Below, one piece after another: positions 39,952-50,088 of a DNA stretch of 62,370 nt. The stretch is from positions 1-62,370 of the IMG/VR virus record IMGVR_UViG_3300023184_000125, one strand, 5' to 3'. Origin of the DNA: a virus (Duplodnaviria; Caudoviricetes). Numbering within the stretch: position 1 is the stretch's first letter; the number at the start of each line of letters is the position of its first letter. Both the position numbers and the translations under genes were made by a program. The notes below the pieces were generated by a model, which saw only the letters and a program-made list of their open reading frames with translations, was not told the DNA's origin and ran no database searches.

Positions 39952-39967
39952 AAACTTTCGAGGCTTT
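39931..39967 (-). terminator. Rho-independent terminator overlapping the uvsX promoter
   Basis: 14-bp stem AAAGCCTCGAAAGT/ACTTTCGAGGCTTT with a 5-nt loop, ending in a T tract on the minus strand. Confidence 0.75.
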
Positions 39968-39988
39968 GGTTGCATTTTTTATTTTATT

Positions 39989-40372
39989 CTACTCGTCAAA
40001 CAATTTAATTACACTATCTGATGATTGTGGCAATCCTTGTTGTTCACCGGTTACAATTGAATTATTTTTATTAAACAACTGACCATATTGAGCCAATAGT
40101 CTAAAATCAATAGATTCGATATTTGACATAATAATCTTATCTTTCTGATATGAGAAGACAACATCATCGGATTTATCTGCTAAGAATTCCCTGAAAAATA
40201 AAGGGAATAATTGTACGGCCATTCTACCCGATGCGTCGGATGGTGGTACATGCAAAATGACTGGGTTTTTAATTTTTAATACGTTTACATCCTCAGAATC
40301 TAGGGTTTCGCCGAAAACGGTTCTACCAACATAGTCCAAGAATACTGTTATTTTTTGATTAGTGTTACTCAT
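39989..40372 (-). CDS. Hypothetical protein
   Basis: LKIKNPVILH beta-rich pattern (possibly Sm-like); has its own TTGATT..TAATAT promoter-like signal. Confidence 0.65.
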   Translation of the reverse strand: MSNTNQKITVFLDYVGRTVFGETLDSEDVNVLKIKNPVILHVPPSDASGRMAVQLFPLFFREFLADKSDDVVFSYQKDKIIMSNIESIDFRLLAQYGQLFNKNNSIVTGEQQGLPQSSDSVIKLFDE

Positions 40373-40423
40373 CACTAATATATTAATATATATTCACAAT
40401 AAATCAACATACAAAATATATTT

Positions 40424-43003
40424 TTATGAAAATAATTCCATTAAATCCGTTACTTGTTCGCATCCTATACTCGGAAGAGGCCAACCAATAATATAATATA
40501 TTCGACTAACGACAGGAACTACGTTTTTTTCAAACATCATCTTATAATCAAGTTTTAAATACTTTTCAAATTCTTTTGGATATTGATCAATAAATGCCAT
40601 AGTTTTTATATTAAATCTATTTCTATTACAATAAAAATATTTTATTTTTGTTCCGTTTCCTATTTCTGGATATAGGTGTTTGAGGTTTTCTTCTGTTAAT
40701 AATTTATTGTAATATAATGCTCCCTGATAATGATTCGGTGTTCCCTTACCGAACTTCTCACCATCAAATAAAGAAACCCATTTACTGTAGCTTTTTGCAT
40801 TTTTTCTAACCGATATAGATTCTATTGGTAAATTACAATATTCATCATAACCTTTATGAAAGAGTTCTGTAGCCTTCTTTCTATCCTTAGATAGAATAGC
40901 GGATTCTATAACGGTTTTAACTAAAGTTTTAACTTCTTTCGACATGGCGGCTTTAACGATTTCAATTCCTTTATATAGAAATTCATTTTTCTTTATACCT
41001 TCATTGTCCAGTACATGTAAAACATAAAATTTCTTCGCCTGTAAGAGAGCTACATCACATATCTTTTCTCTTTTAAAATGATATCTTGGATCGATAGAAT
41101 TTAAATCTTTTTTAGCCCATGTGTTTATTTCCGAATTCACATATTGCCCCAAATCATCGATAAATGAACTTGCTTCTTTTGTAATATTACCATTATTATC
41201 TTTAAGCGTTATATTATTCTCCAAAAAGAAATCTTTAAATGATAGGAATGCACTATCAGTATCGATATATTTTACTACATCTTCATATTTTCCAACGAAA
41301 CCTTTATTTTTGGTGAGATAATCAAAAAATAATTGAGATCCTTTTTTAACAACCGCCTGTCCTGTTAGCGTTACGCTTTTAGCATGGTCAATATCAAAGA
41401 ATGGTGAGTATTGTTGAGAAAAAATGCCATAAATTGAGTTAATTAATGTTTTATATACATTAGAAAGAGAATCGTTATCATTAGCTATTGTTATAAGTCT
41501 TTCCTTTTCATTTTTATCAACGCATTTTTCTATCTTTTTCCTAGCATCTAATGTTTTGTTTTTAGCTTCTACGCGTTGAGCGTAAATTTTATCAATTAAA
41601 GTTGGAACTACTCCTTTAAATTTTTGTGTATATAATACATTTGCTTTCGTTATTGATATTTTTTCATCTCTAATAAAATTTAGAAATTGTTCTCTTGTTA
41701 AAGATATAGTATTACCATTAACTAAACTTAATGTGAATTTATCCTCTTTCATTTCTATAACTTTACCTATTTTTGTTTCTGGAGAAATATTTAACGTAAT
41801 AATAGTATTGGGGTAGAGACTGTTTGCATCATACGTAACTACATCCTCATATAAATTAGGTTTTGGTTGCAATACATATCCACCCTCAAATTGTTGTTTA
41901 ATGTTTTCATATGTAAATGTTGGAATTATTAAATTCTGTAATAGTGCTTGATGTGCAACCGCACCAGTAATCATAGAAACCTTACCCATTGATTTTTCAA
42001 ATGGAATAAATCCTTTATATGATAAATTTCTTATCAAATCCATGAATTTTAACTTATCATCCAACTTAACCAATAGTCTTACGTCTTGAATATTATAATC
42101 TACGAATGTAGTCCAATCCTGATCCGCTAATTTAGATAGTGATGTTGTGTTATATGCTAATTTAGATTCTCCCAATTCATATTCACCGATAAATCCTAAA
42201 CTATAAGATTCTCTTTCACCTAATGAAAATGTTTTATATACATCCATATAATCTAAACAACTAACACCATGAAGAATCCATTGATTTTTTTTCTGACCTA
42301 ATTTATTTACTGATACGTTTTCTCTATATTCAACTCGATCTATGGGAGACATTTTATAATTTTTCTCCTCATCGAATAAAATAGTGAGTCGATTCATTAT
42401 GTATGGGAGATCATAACCATGAAAATTCCAACCAGATACTATGTCTGGTGTGTTTTTTCTCCAGAATTTGAGAAACGTAGAAAGTAAATCTTTCTCATTA
42501 GAACATTTAACATATGTTACATCTTCATCTAATGTTGAATATGGTTTTAACCCCCAAGTGTAATATTTCTGTAATAACGAATCATATATCGTTATTACAT
42601 TTATCATATCTTTCGCTTCTTCAGCGGTACTAAACGCATCCAACTCATTGGATTTATATGTTTCTATATCCAAAAAATAAACACGCAATGGGTTTGCTGT
42701 AAATTCATCTTTTGTAGCTAGATCTTTAAAAGTTGTAATTAAATACTGCTGTTCAGTATTTAAATTGAAAAATATTCTTTTATTCGGCGAATCCTTTACA
42801 AAAGATCTTCTCCTAAAATTGTTAGGAAAAGACATCTTTTTAAGTTTTGTATTAAAAATTGAAGTAGCATCATGCTTCTTTTTATCCTCAAGATAAATAA
42901 ATGGCTCGAAACTATTTTCAACTTTAACTCTTTCACCATATTCATTCCAAGTCCAGAGATGAATTACGCTTTTCTTATAATCATAATATATATTTCGGTA
43001 CAT
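40424..43003 (-). CDS. Family B DNA polymerase, gp43-like
   Basis: Exonuclease motifs FLDIET, GWNFHGYDLPY, YNIQDV; polymerase motifs DANSLYP, KTLINSIYG, YIDTDS, KKFY. Confidence 0.97.
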   Translation of the reverse strand: MYRNIYYDYKKSVIHLWTWNEYGERVKVENSFEPFIYLEDKKKHDATSIFNTKLKKMSFPNNFRRRSFVKDSPNKRIFFNLNTEQQYLITTFKDLATKDEFTANPLRVYFLDIETYKSNELDAFSTAEEAKDMINVITIYDSLLQKYYTWGLKPYSTLDEDVTYVKCSNEKDLLSTFLKFWRKNTPDIVSGWNFHGYDLPYIMNRLTILFDEEKNYKMSPIDRVEYRENVSVNKLGQKKNQWILHGVSCLDYMDVYKTFSLGERESYSLGFIGEYELGESKLAYNTTSLSKLADQDWTTFVDYNIQDVRLLVKLDDKLKFMDLIRNLSYKGFIPFEKSMGKVSMITGAVAHQALLQNLIIPTFTYENIKQQFEGGYVLQPKPNLYEDVVTYDANSLYPNTIITLNISPETKIGKVIEMKEDKFTLSLVNGNTISLTREQFLNFIRDEKISITKANVLYTQKFKGVVPTLIDKIYAQRVEAKNKTLDARKKIEKCVDKNEKERLITIANDNDSLSNVYKTLINSIYGIFSQQYSPFFDIDHAKSVTLTGQAVVKKGSQLFFDYLTKNKGFVGKYEDVVKYIDTDSAFLSFKDFFLENNITLKDNNGNITKEASSFIDDLGQYVNSEINTWAKKDLNSIDPRYHFKREKICDVALLQAKKFYVLHVLDNEGIKKNEFLYKGIEIVKAAMSKEVKTLVKTVIESAILSKDRKKATELFHKGYDEYCNLPIESISVRKNAKSYSKWVSLFDGEKFGKGTPNHYQGALYYNKLLTEENLKHLYPEIGNGTKIKYFYCNRNRFNIKTMAFIDQYPKEFEKYLKLDYKMMFEKNVVPVVSRIYYIIGWPLPSIGCEQVTDLMELFS

Positions 43004-43037
43004 TACCTATTATATATAACACGATTGACTTCCCAAA

Positions 43038-44333
43038 TCAAGGATTTTCTTGATCTGGGTTTAGTTTTATAAGATTTGGAGACATTTCTTTTCTTTGTTT
43101 GGAACCCCATTCTGAAAAATACACCGCTTGATATTCATCCATATGATCTTCAAGCCACATACCCTCAACATAATTTCTAGATTTATCTGAATGTTTCATA
43201 TATCTATCAAAATCAGATGTTAGATATTCTAATTGATTTATTAAATCGTCTCCAGATTTGAATTTTAAATCTGCTTGTTCGTATGTGCATAAATCCTGAA
43301 ATACTCCAGGAATACCTAGTGCGCCGGATTCTATCATTTTAATGTTACTTTTCGATTTATTAAAAACATTATCAACTAATGGTGCATACACAGCACTGCA
43401 ATTAGCATCTAACAGTCCTTTAGGTAGATCGAAAAGGGGCGACCATTCTAAATATTCCATTTCACCAGAATCGATGAATGGCTTTAATGCGATTGGATAG
43501 CATCCCTTAAATACGAATTTAAATTTCTTCCGTGCTTTTATAATCGATTCGAGAACATGACCAAAATCATCTTTGCCGTTTGTTTTGTTTAAAACGTCAA
43601 TATGAGTTCCAGAACCAGCATAAAGGATTCTTGGGCGTTTTCTATTTTTTTCAAAGTTATTTTTAATCCTTTCTCTATCATGGAATCTATCTAACCAAAA
43701 TTTTGGAGCATAATTTGGAATAACGGTTATTCTTTTATTTCCAATTTTTTCTTTATAGTATTCTTTCATATAGTTACATGTAACTGTAACCTCATCCATA
43801 GTCTGCATTATATCAACTATACTATCCGTGATAGCTTGGTCGCAGAATGGTCCCTTGCATCTATTATAGTCGGGAATATCATCTTTGAAAACTATATCAT
43901 CTACTTCATAAATCATTCTAAATCCAAAATTGGAACCTATTTTTTTTAGCTCTTTAATGAAATCTCTTTGAATTGGAGTAGCTTGTCTCTGCATTCTAAT
44001 AGCTTTAATATCTTTATAGAATCTAGGATCTAATACCATGCACGTTAATCCTGATACACATGCCTTTGAAAATCCATTCATTAGAAATTCGGGCCAAATC
44101 ATTCTCCAGAAACCACATCCACCATAATCCGCATAATAGTTTAATGCTCTTGGTAATGAAGTTTCTGGCATTTCAACGGGTGGAGCTTCTGGGATTCTAA
44201 CTGGATTTAGATTTACATAACTATATTGTGGAGCACCGATAGGAATTCCATTAGGTTGATGAGGCATTCCAGTGTTTATTGGTACTGTTTGATATACAAT
44301 ATTATTGTTATTTTCTTTGAGTTTTAAAGCCAT
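43038..44333 (-). CDS. GT-B fold glycosyltransferase (GT4-like)
   Basis: GCGFWRM.WP, QRQ, YEVDD, IPN, APL.DN.FN.SKSNIK.IE.GALG.P. Confidence 0.8.
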   Translation of the reverse strand: MALKLKENNNNIVYQTVPINTGMPHQPNGIPIGAPQYSYVNLNPVRIPEAPPVEMPETSLPRALNYYADYGGCGFWRMIWPEFLMNGFSKACVSGLTCMVLDPRFYKDIKAIRMQRQATPIQRDFIKELKKIGSNFGFRMIYEVDDIVFKDDIPDYNRCKGPFCDQAITDSIVDIMQTMDEVTVTCNYMKEYYKEKIGNKRITVIPNYAPKFWLDRFHDRERIKNNFEKNRKRPRILYAGSGTHIDVLNKTNGKDDFGHVLESIIKARKKFKFVFKGCYPIALKPFIDSGEMEYLEWSPLFDLPKGLLDANCSAVYAPLVDNVFNKSKSNIKMIESGALGIPGVFQDLCTYEQADLKFKSGDDLINQLEYLTSDFDRYMKHSDKSRNYVEGMWLEDHMDEYQAVYFSEWGSKQRKEMSPNLIKLNPDQENP

Positions 44334-44378
44334 ATTTTATAAATTTATTATTTTACTGTGAAAAATCAATTACATACA

Positions 44379-46175
44379 TCATACTAATAGCTTAGTTTCT
44401 CCATTTTCTTTCTCTAGAGTTATAATATTATCAATATTTGTTTTTGTAGATGTTTTATGAGATATAATATACACCGATTCTTGGTATTTTTCAACTTTTA
44501 ATCTTAAAATACTTAAAATTTTATCTATTCCATTATCATCTAATGCGGAATCGAATAATTCATCATATATATTAAGTGAATATGATATACCAGAATGTAA
44601 TCTTAATATATCTTGAAACATGAAAAGAATTGCAACATCAATTCGTTTACGTTCCCCACCACTAAAATTATGATATGAACATTCTTTTCCATGTTCATTA
44701 TAAATAGTCTCTTCAAAAAACTCATTAAATTCACATTTACATGGTGCATCAAAAGTTTTAAGGTAAAAATTTAATCTTTCATTTAAGATGTTCAGTATTT
44801 TCTTAATTATATAAGTTTTTACTCCATCTTCGGATACTATAAATTTACAAGAATCAAGGATTTGTAAATATTTTTTAATGTTTAAAAGTTTTTCGTTAAG
44901 AGTTTCAAGTTTTAAATTACATTCTATGATATTTTTATCATAATCATATTTTTCGTTTTCAATTTTAAAAATATCTTCCCCATACTCAATATTCTTTTCG
45001 TTTAAATTATCAATTTTTTGATTAGTTATTGTGATTTTAGTTGATTCTGATATTAATTCTTTATGTTTATTTTTTAATTTTAAAATACCATCATTAACTT
45101 CATTTATTTTTAAATCGTTTTTATCTTTTTTAATTAAAATATCTTTTAATTTATTTGATTCGATATCAATATCATTTTCTAACTCTTTTATTTTTTGGGT
45201 TACGGCTTCAATATCTTCTTTACAATAATCTCGATTACAAACTGGACATGTATTTCCCTTATCTATGATTTTTTGTTTTTCTTTTTTTAATTGCTGGATC
45301 TCTGCGTAAATTCCAGCTTTAGTGTTTACAATATTTGTGTTTTCTATTTGTAATTTTTTAAATCCCTTATCTAAAATTTTTAATTTATTTTCAATATTCG
45401 AAATATTTGTTTTTACATCATCTAAATTTGATAGATATTCTTTTTTTAACTCTAAAATTGTTTTTTTATTTATTTCTATCTTATCATTTATAGATTTAAT
45501 TTTTGTTTTTTTGATTTCTTCTCCGTTTTCTTTTTGCTTTTCAAAAATTTCAAGATTTTTTTGCTGATTTATAAAATCATTACTCAATAAATCGTTTTCT
45601 TTTTTATACTCATTATATTCTGATCTTACTTTAAGTAGCATTTCGCTGAAAATATTAATTTGTAATATACCTTCTACAAATTTCCTTTTATCGATCTTCT
45701 TTTGAGCCATAAAGGGAATCGTATTGTTTGATGACATTATTACGGAGTTCTGGAATACTTCTTCATTTCCCCCTATTAAATGCTTTATAAGCTCATCTGT
45801 AGCTGGAATTGTAGATGGAGTTATATCTTCGTCGTTACAAAACAAAGAAACTTTAGATGGCTCAATTGAACGAATTATTTTATATGTTTTAATCCCATCT
45901 TCGTTTTCAATTTTAAAATTTAAAATTACTTCACACTCTCCTTTGCTTTTAGTATGAATAATTTTATCTTTTTTAAGATCTCTTATGGTGTTTCCAAATA
46001 AACACCAATATATAGCATCAGAAATTGTACTTTTACCGATTCCGTTTTTACCTCCCGTATCTTTATTTTCACCAGTAATGAGTGTAATACCAGTTTCAAA
46101 AGAAATTTCAATTGGAGTTTTACCAATCGATAAAAAATTTTGAATTTTTACCGAATTAAAAATTACTTTTTTCAT
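44379..46175 (-). CDS. Recombination ATPase, gp46/SbcC/Rad50-like
   Basis: NFLSIG, NGIGKS, coiled coil with a CPVC hook, FSGGE, DELFD, ISH. Confidence 0.95.
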   Translation of the reverse strand: MKKVIFNSVKIQNFLSIGKTPIEISFETGITLITGENKDTGGKNGIGKSTISDAIYWCLFGNTIRDLKKDKIIHTKSKGECEVILNFKIENEDGIKTYKIIRSIEPSKVSLFCNDEDITPSTIPATDELIKHLIGGNEEVFQNSVIMSSNNTIPFMAQKKIDKRKFVEGILQINIFSEMLLKVRSEYNEYKKENDLLSNDFINQQKNLEIFEKQKENGEEIKKTKIKSINDKIEINKKTILELKKEYLSNLDDVKTNISNIENKLKILDKGFKKLQIENTNIVNTKAGIYAEIQQLKKEKQKIIDKGNTCPVCNRDYCKEDIEAVTQKIKELENDIDIESNKLKDILIKKDKNDLKINEVNDGILKLKNKHKELISESTKITITNQKIDNLNEKNIEYGEDIFKIENEKYDYDKNIIECNLKLETLNEKLLNIKKYLQILDSCKFIVSEDGVKTYIIKKILNILNERLNFYLKTFDAPCKCEFNEFFEETIYNEHGKECSYHNFSGGERKRIDVAILFMFQDILRLHSGISYSLNIYDELFDSALDDNGIDKILSILRLKVEKYQESVYIISHKTSTKTNIDNIITLEKENGETKLLV

Positions 46176-46226
46176 CGTACAAATGATATATTATTATTAC
46201 AATAAAACAAGTTAAATACTGCAAAA

Positions 46227-46976
46227 TTATTGAAAAATGTGTGGATAATGGCACATATTCGAGTTTCCTAAATTTCCATATAATACATTGTTGTCCCTTA
46301 ATATCCACCACACATTCGATACACCATTAAAAATCATATCAAAACTACAATTTAATTTTTTAAGATGATGCGCAAATACCTCATGATGACACAAAGGTAC
46401 TTCATTATTAATATTATATTCTTTTAAATTTTCATATAATTTAGTTAAAAATAATATATTTTTTGGATTCGAAAGCAACATTTTAACATCAATGATTCCA
46501 TCATTTAAACTCATATCCCACCTAGACCCTTCACAATAAGAAGAATATATACAGTTTAAATCATATATATTAAAAGTTTTTAATTTTTCATTACAAAAAA
46601 CATCAGTTCTTGTGACAATTACAACATCATATTCACATAAATATTCTTCGAGTAAATTTCCAACTTTATACATCGAGTATATTGGAGAAATATAACGTTG
46701 AATGGACTCTATATCTATGTTATTTTTTTTATTAAAATTTGAATCATTTTCAAAAAAATTTGAAAAATCTTCCTGTTTTTCTATTTTAAGTTTTTTGGGG
46801 TGATATAGTTCGTTTATATCATTGTACAATTTTTCAATATCATCCTGTGTTGAACTTTCTTCACACCACGAATGTATAAAAAAATCATAATCAACTGATT
46901 CTAAAAAATTTTTATGACATTTAAAACCCAATTCATAATGCCTTGGATAACCAAATAAACACACAGCTATTTTCAT
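46227..46976 (-). CDS. Putative glycosyltransferase
   Basis: MKIAVCLFGYPR, DFFIHSW, YSM, YD.VI.TRTD: a pattern common in polysaccharide loci. Confidence 0.6.
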   Translation of the reverse strand: MKIAVCLFGYPRHYELGFKCHKNFLESVDYDFFIHSWCEESSTQDDIEKLYNDINELYHPKKLKIEKQEDFSNFFENDSNFNKKNNIDIESIQRYISPIYSMYKVGNLLEEYLCEYDVVIVTRTDVFCNEKLKTFNIYDLNCIYSSYCEGSRWDMSLNDGIIDVKMLLSNPKNILFLTKLYENLKEYNINNEVPLCHHEVFAHHLKKLNCSFDMIFNGVSNVWWILRDNNVLYGNLGNSNMCHYPHIFQ

Positions 46977-48076
46977 ATTATGTCACAATTTGAATTCAAA
47001 TTTTTTAAACCTTTTATTATTTCATCATTATATTGTGAACATCTTACTATTATTATTGGATTTGTATCATTTTTTATAATAGATGAATTTTTAATTTTTA
47101 TATTTGTACCATATAAAAAATTATCTATTTTATTAATATCATTATCTAATATGCATATTATATTATCAAGATTTAACCCAAATGCAATTAGCATTTGAGT
47201 AAAAATGTGACCGCCAAAACAATATACTTTTTTGTTTTTTATTTTTTTATTAATATTATTAACATCCCATTTTACGCTTTCTATGTGTTTTTTATATATC
47301 ACACTAGTTTTAGTTTTATCTAAAATTTTATTAGATTCAACATTTTGTTTTTTCTGTAAAGTATAAAATGTATTATATTTAGAATATTCTGTAATATCTA
47401 TTAAATCAAAATTACAAACATTAGAAATATACTTTATATAATCATGATTTATATAAAACGTATGTTCAAAATTTATAGCATTCAAAAATCCATCTATTAT
47501 TTGATTTTCTATGTTTGGAACTGAAATAATAAATTTCCCATCATCTATTAATAAATTTCTTATCAAATTTAATGTCTTTATCGGATCATATAAATGTTCA
47601 AACGTATGACTCATAACTACACTGTCATATTTTTTATCATCTTTAATATCCTCTATGAATCCTCGCAAAAAAATTATTTTTGGATTTATATTGCACTCAT
47701 AACTATCCGCTATATCTAATATGGTATAAGATTTTATTTGAGTGTAATCTGTTATTAATTTTGCGATTTTTAAATTAGCCCCACCAACTTCCAATAAATT
47801 CTTACAATTATTATTTAATATATAATTTGAAAAATTTTTGTTATGTTCTTCCCAAGTTTTACCTATAGCTGGATTGTGTGGTGTTTTATATAATATATTT
47901 GGATCTAATAAATTTTTTAATTGTACAAACCCACACCCTTTACAAGACATGATAGCCATATCATTGTATTGTGGTTTTTCATTTTCTTTAATGATTCCCA
48001 TGTATATTGGGAAATTTGAATAATTATGCAATTCATTTAAATTTGAATTGCATAATATACAGGTATTTCTTATCAT
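46973..48076 (-). CDS. SAM-dependent methyltransferase, NDP-sugar C-methyltransferase-like
   Basis: Zinc-binding CILC..CKGC, LEVGG, SHTFEH, VPN, EH, C-terminal Rossmann-like domain (LDND..K). Confidence 0.75.
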   Translation of the reverse strand: MIRNTCILCNSNLNELHNYSNFPIYMGIIKENEKPQYNDMAIMSCKGCGFVQLKNLLDPNILYKTPHNPAIGKTWEEHNKNFSNYILNNNCKNLLEVGGANLKIAKLITDYTQIKSYTILDIADSYECNINPKIIFLRGFIEDIKDDKKYDSVVMSHTFEHLYDPIKTLNLIRNLLIDDGKFIISVPNIENQIIDGFLNAINFEHTFYINHDYIKYISNVCNFDLIDITEYSKYNTFYTLQKKQNVESNKILDKTKTSVIYKKHIESVKWDVNNINKKIKNKKVYCFGGHIFTQMLIAFGLNLDNIICILDNDINKIDNFLYGTNIKIKNSSIIKNDTNPIIIVRCSQYNDEIIKGLKNLNSNCDII

Positions 48077-48919
48077 TTATTTTTTTAAAAAATTGTTAAA
48101 TAAATTTTCACCCAACCCATCCATTTGTTCGAAAAAAGATTTACTGAGTTGTATATTTTTTTCAGTTATTTCTGGGCAAAAATCTTTAGTTTCTGTCGAA
48201 ATGCCACTATATTGTTCATTCCAATATGAATTAAAATCACTCCAAGATTTATTAGATTCAAATAAATCCCACACTCTCGTACCAATTGTTGGAACTGTTT
48301 TATAATATATAGCAGATTTTAATCCTTGTAAAGTTCTCATGCTACCAGTGATTATATTTTGATGTGGTTTAAATTTTGTATCGGCTAAATATTTTAAGTG
48401 TGAATCTGCATCGATCCCAATTTCCTCCATTCTACCCGGAATTATACTAGCGTAATGTACATTATTATAATTCATAACCCTACAAATTGTTCCAAAATCA
48501 GATATGCCAGTAATATTCACATAAATATTATTAAATATTTCATTATCCAGTAAATCTAAAATATAACTAAAATGTGGAAGTTTCAATGCTATTACACTAT
48601 TTCCAATTTTCAATTTAGAAATGTATTCAACCCATTTAATTATGTCATACTCATTCATTTTAGAATTAGGAACCTGTACATATACTAGTCCATTAGCTCC
48701 TCTAATTTCTTCTAAAGTTTCTGCCATTTCTTTTACCAAGTATTCAAATTCGCTAGTAGTGTGGCAATTAACTTTTGCTAGAGCATTTGGATTAGTAGTT
48801 ATACCAACACATGACTTTGGATCACAAGTATCTTTAAGTTTACTCCAAATGTTTTTAATTGCTTTGGTGTCGGCAGTATCAAAAAAGAACTGCGGTGTAT
48901 TTTTTGTTTTATTATTCAT
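48077..48919 (-). CDS. Transaldolase/fructose-6-phosphate aldolase family protein, divergent
   Basis: FFDTAD, GITTNP, Schiff-base LKLP, NIT, GRM, SMR. Confidence 0.85.
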   Translation of the reverse strand: MNNKTKNTPQFFFDTADTKAIKNIWSKLKDTCDPKSCVGITTNPNALAKVNCHTTSEFEYLVKEMAETLEEIRGANGLVYVQVPNSKMNEYDIIKWVEYISKLKIGNSVIALKLPHFSYILDLLDNEIFNNIYVNITGISDFGTICRVMNYNNVHYASIIPGRMEEIGIDADSHLKYLADTKFKPHQNIITGSMRTLQGLKSAIYYKTVPTIGTRVWDLFESNKSWSDFNSYWNEQYSGISTETKDFCPEITEKNIQLSKSFFEQMDGLGENLFNNFLKK

Positions 48920-48937
48920 AATTTTATTTTAAGATTT

Positions 48938-49318
48938 TTATGGATTTTCTGCGGTTCTTGGTCCTTTAATAATTCTATTTTTAATAGCTTTTTTTGTCGA
49001 TTCCCAATCTATGTGTTGATAAACTGCATCATCAATAAACAAATCGGCATGTGGTTTAGTCCACCATATTTCATCATATGGTATGTTATGTTTTTCAAGC
49101 CAATCAAAAAGTATTTTACCTTGTTTTCCTAAAATTTTTCCTTGATTTCCATCACATGTTTTCATATGTCTAGCTGTATGTAAAATAATCGTATGACCTT
49201 CTGATTTTAACCAATTTATAGTTTCTAATGCCTCTGGAAATGGGTTTACGTCTTTATACGTTTTTCCATCAATTTTTCTCTCACATATCGTATTGTCAAT
49301 ATCAAATGCAAAAATCAT
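48938..49318 (-). CDS. HAD phosphatase (capsule-biosynthesis BcbF/EcbF-like)
   Basis: FDIDNTI, HTARHM, WL.KH.IPYDE, KP..D.FIDD. Confidence 0.85.
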   Translation of the reverse strand: MIFAFDIDNTICERKIDGKTYKDVNPFPEALETINWLKSEGHTIILHTARHMKTCDGNQGKILGKQGKILFDWLEKHNIPYDEIWWTKPHADLFIDDAVYQHIDWESTKKAIKNRIIKGPRTAENP

Positions 49319-50088
49319 AATATGCTACTTTCAAATTTAATTACATCTTCTGGTGTTCCCAATGGGACTACATCTTTAACCGTGTGAACATATACTAATT
49401 GATTTATGCTTGCGTGATATCTTGGAATCATACTCATATAATATTCTTTTTTGTCAGAAAAACCAACAGGTTCTAAATTTTCGAAAATAAAATCTGCGTA
49501 ATTTTTGAATTGATCCATTTTAGGAAAATAAAAAACTCCAATTAAACATGGATAATTAACCCAAGAATCATCTTTTTCTATTATTTCTAATGCTATAGAA
49601 TTTCTAACTCTAGCATTTGCCCATTTATTTGGTATTTTTGAATCGATTGGATTAAAACAAACAATAGACATCGATGAAATATCATTTGGTGTGTTTTTTA
49701 TAAAATCATCAATTTTATTGTGATCATATTTATTATCTGCATCTAAAATTAAAAGTGGAGTTTTTGTATCATTCATGTAATCACATGAAATCCTAGCTGT
49801 GTCTAAATTTCCTCTTGTCGTTTTATCGAATGGAATAATTGTTATATTTTTTCCGTATATATTATGTAAAAAACTTTCTAGTCCATCTTCTAAATGTTCT
49901 TTTCTTACTGAAAAAAATAAATTAATATTTTCATCTTGCTGATCTGTATTATGTTTTATATATGGACATGATTCAGTTGTCCATTCTAAAATTGTTTTAC
50001 CTTTAACTTTAATTAGAGGTTTTGGTGTTTTATAACCAAAATCAGAAAACCTTTTTCCTTCTCCCGCCATTAATATTAATATATTCAT
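49315..50088 (-). CDS. Sugar-phosphate nucleotidyltransferase
   Basis: MAGEGKRF...GY..PKPLI, TRG..T, DAD, IEK, G.FYF, EYY, LGTPED. Confidence 0.85.
   Translation of the reverse strand: MNILILMAGEGKRFSDFGYKTPKPLIKVKGKTILEWTTESCPYIKHNTDQQDENINLFFSVRKEHLEDGLESFLHNIYGKNITIIPFDKTTRGNLDTARISCDYMNDTKTPLLILDADNKYDHNKIDDFIKNTPNDISSMSIVCFNPIDSKIPNKWANARVRNSIALEIIEKDDSWVNYPCLIGVFYFPKMDQFKNYADFIFENLEPVGFSDKKEYYMSMIPRYHASINQLVYVHTVKDVVPLGTPEDVIKFESSIL

Noticed and set aside
37357-43003. Inteins or introns in helicase, UvsX or DNA polymerase
   Set aside because: Lengths are normal, motifs are contiguous and no C...HN signatures were seen.
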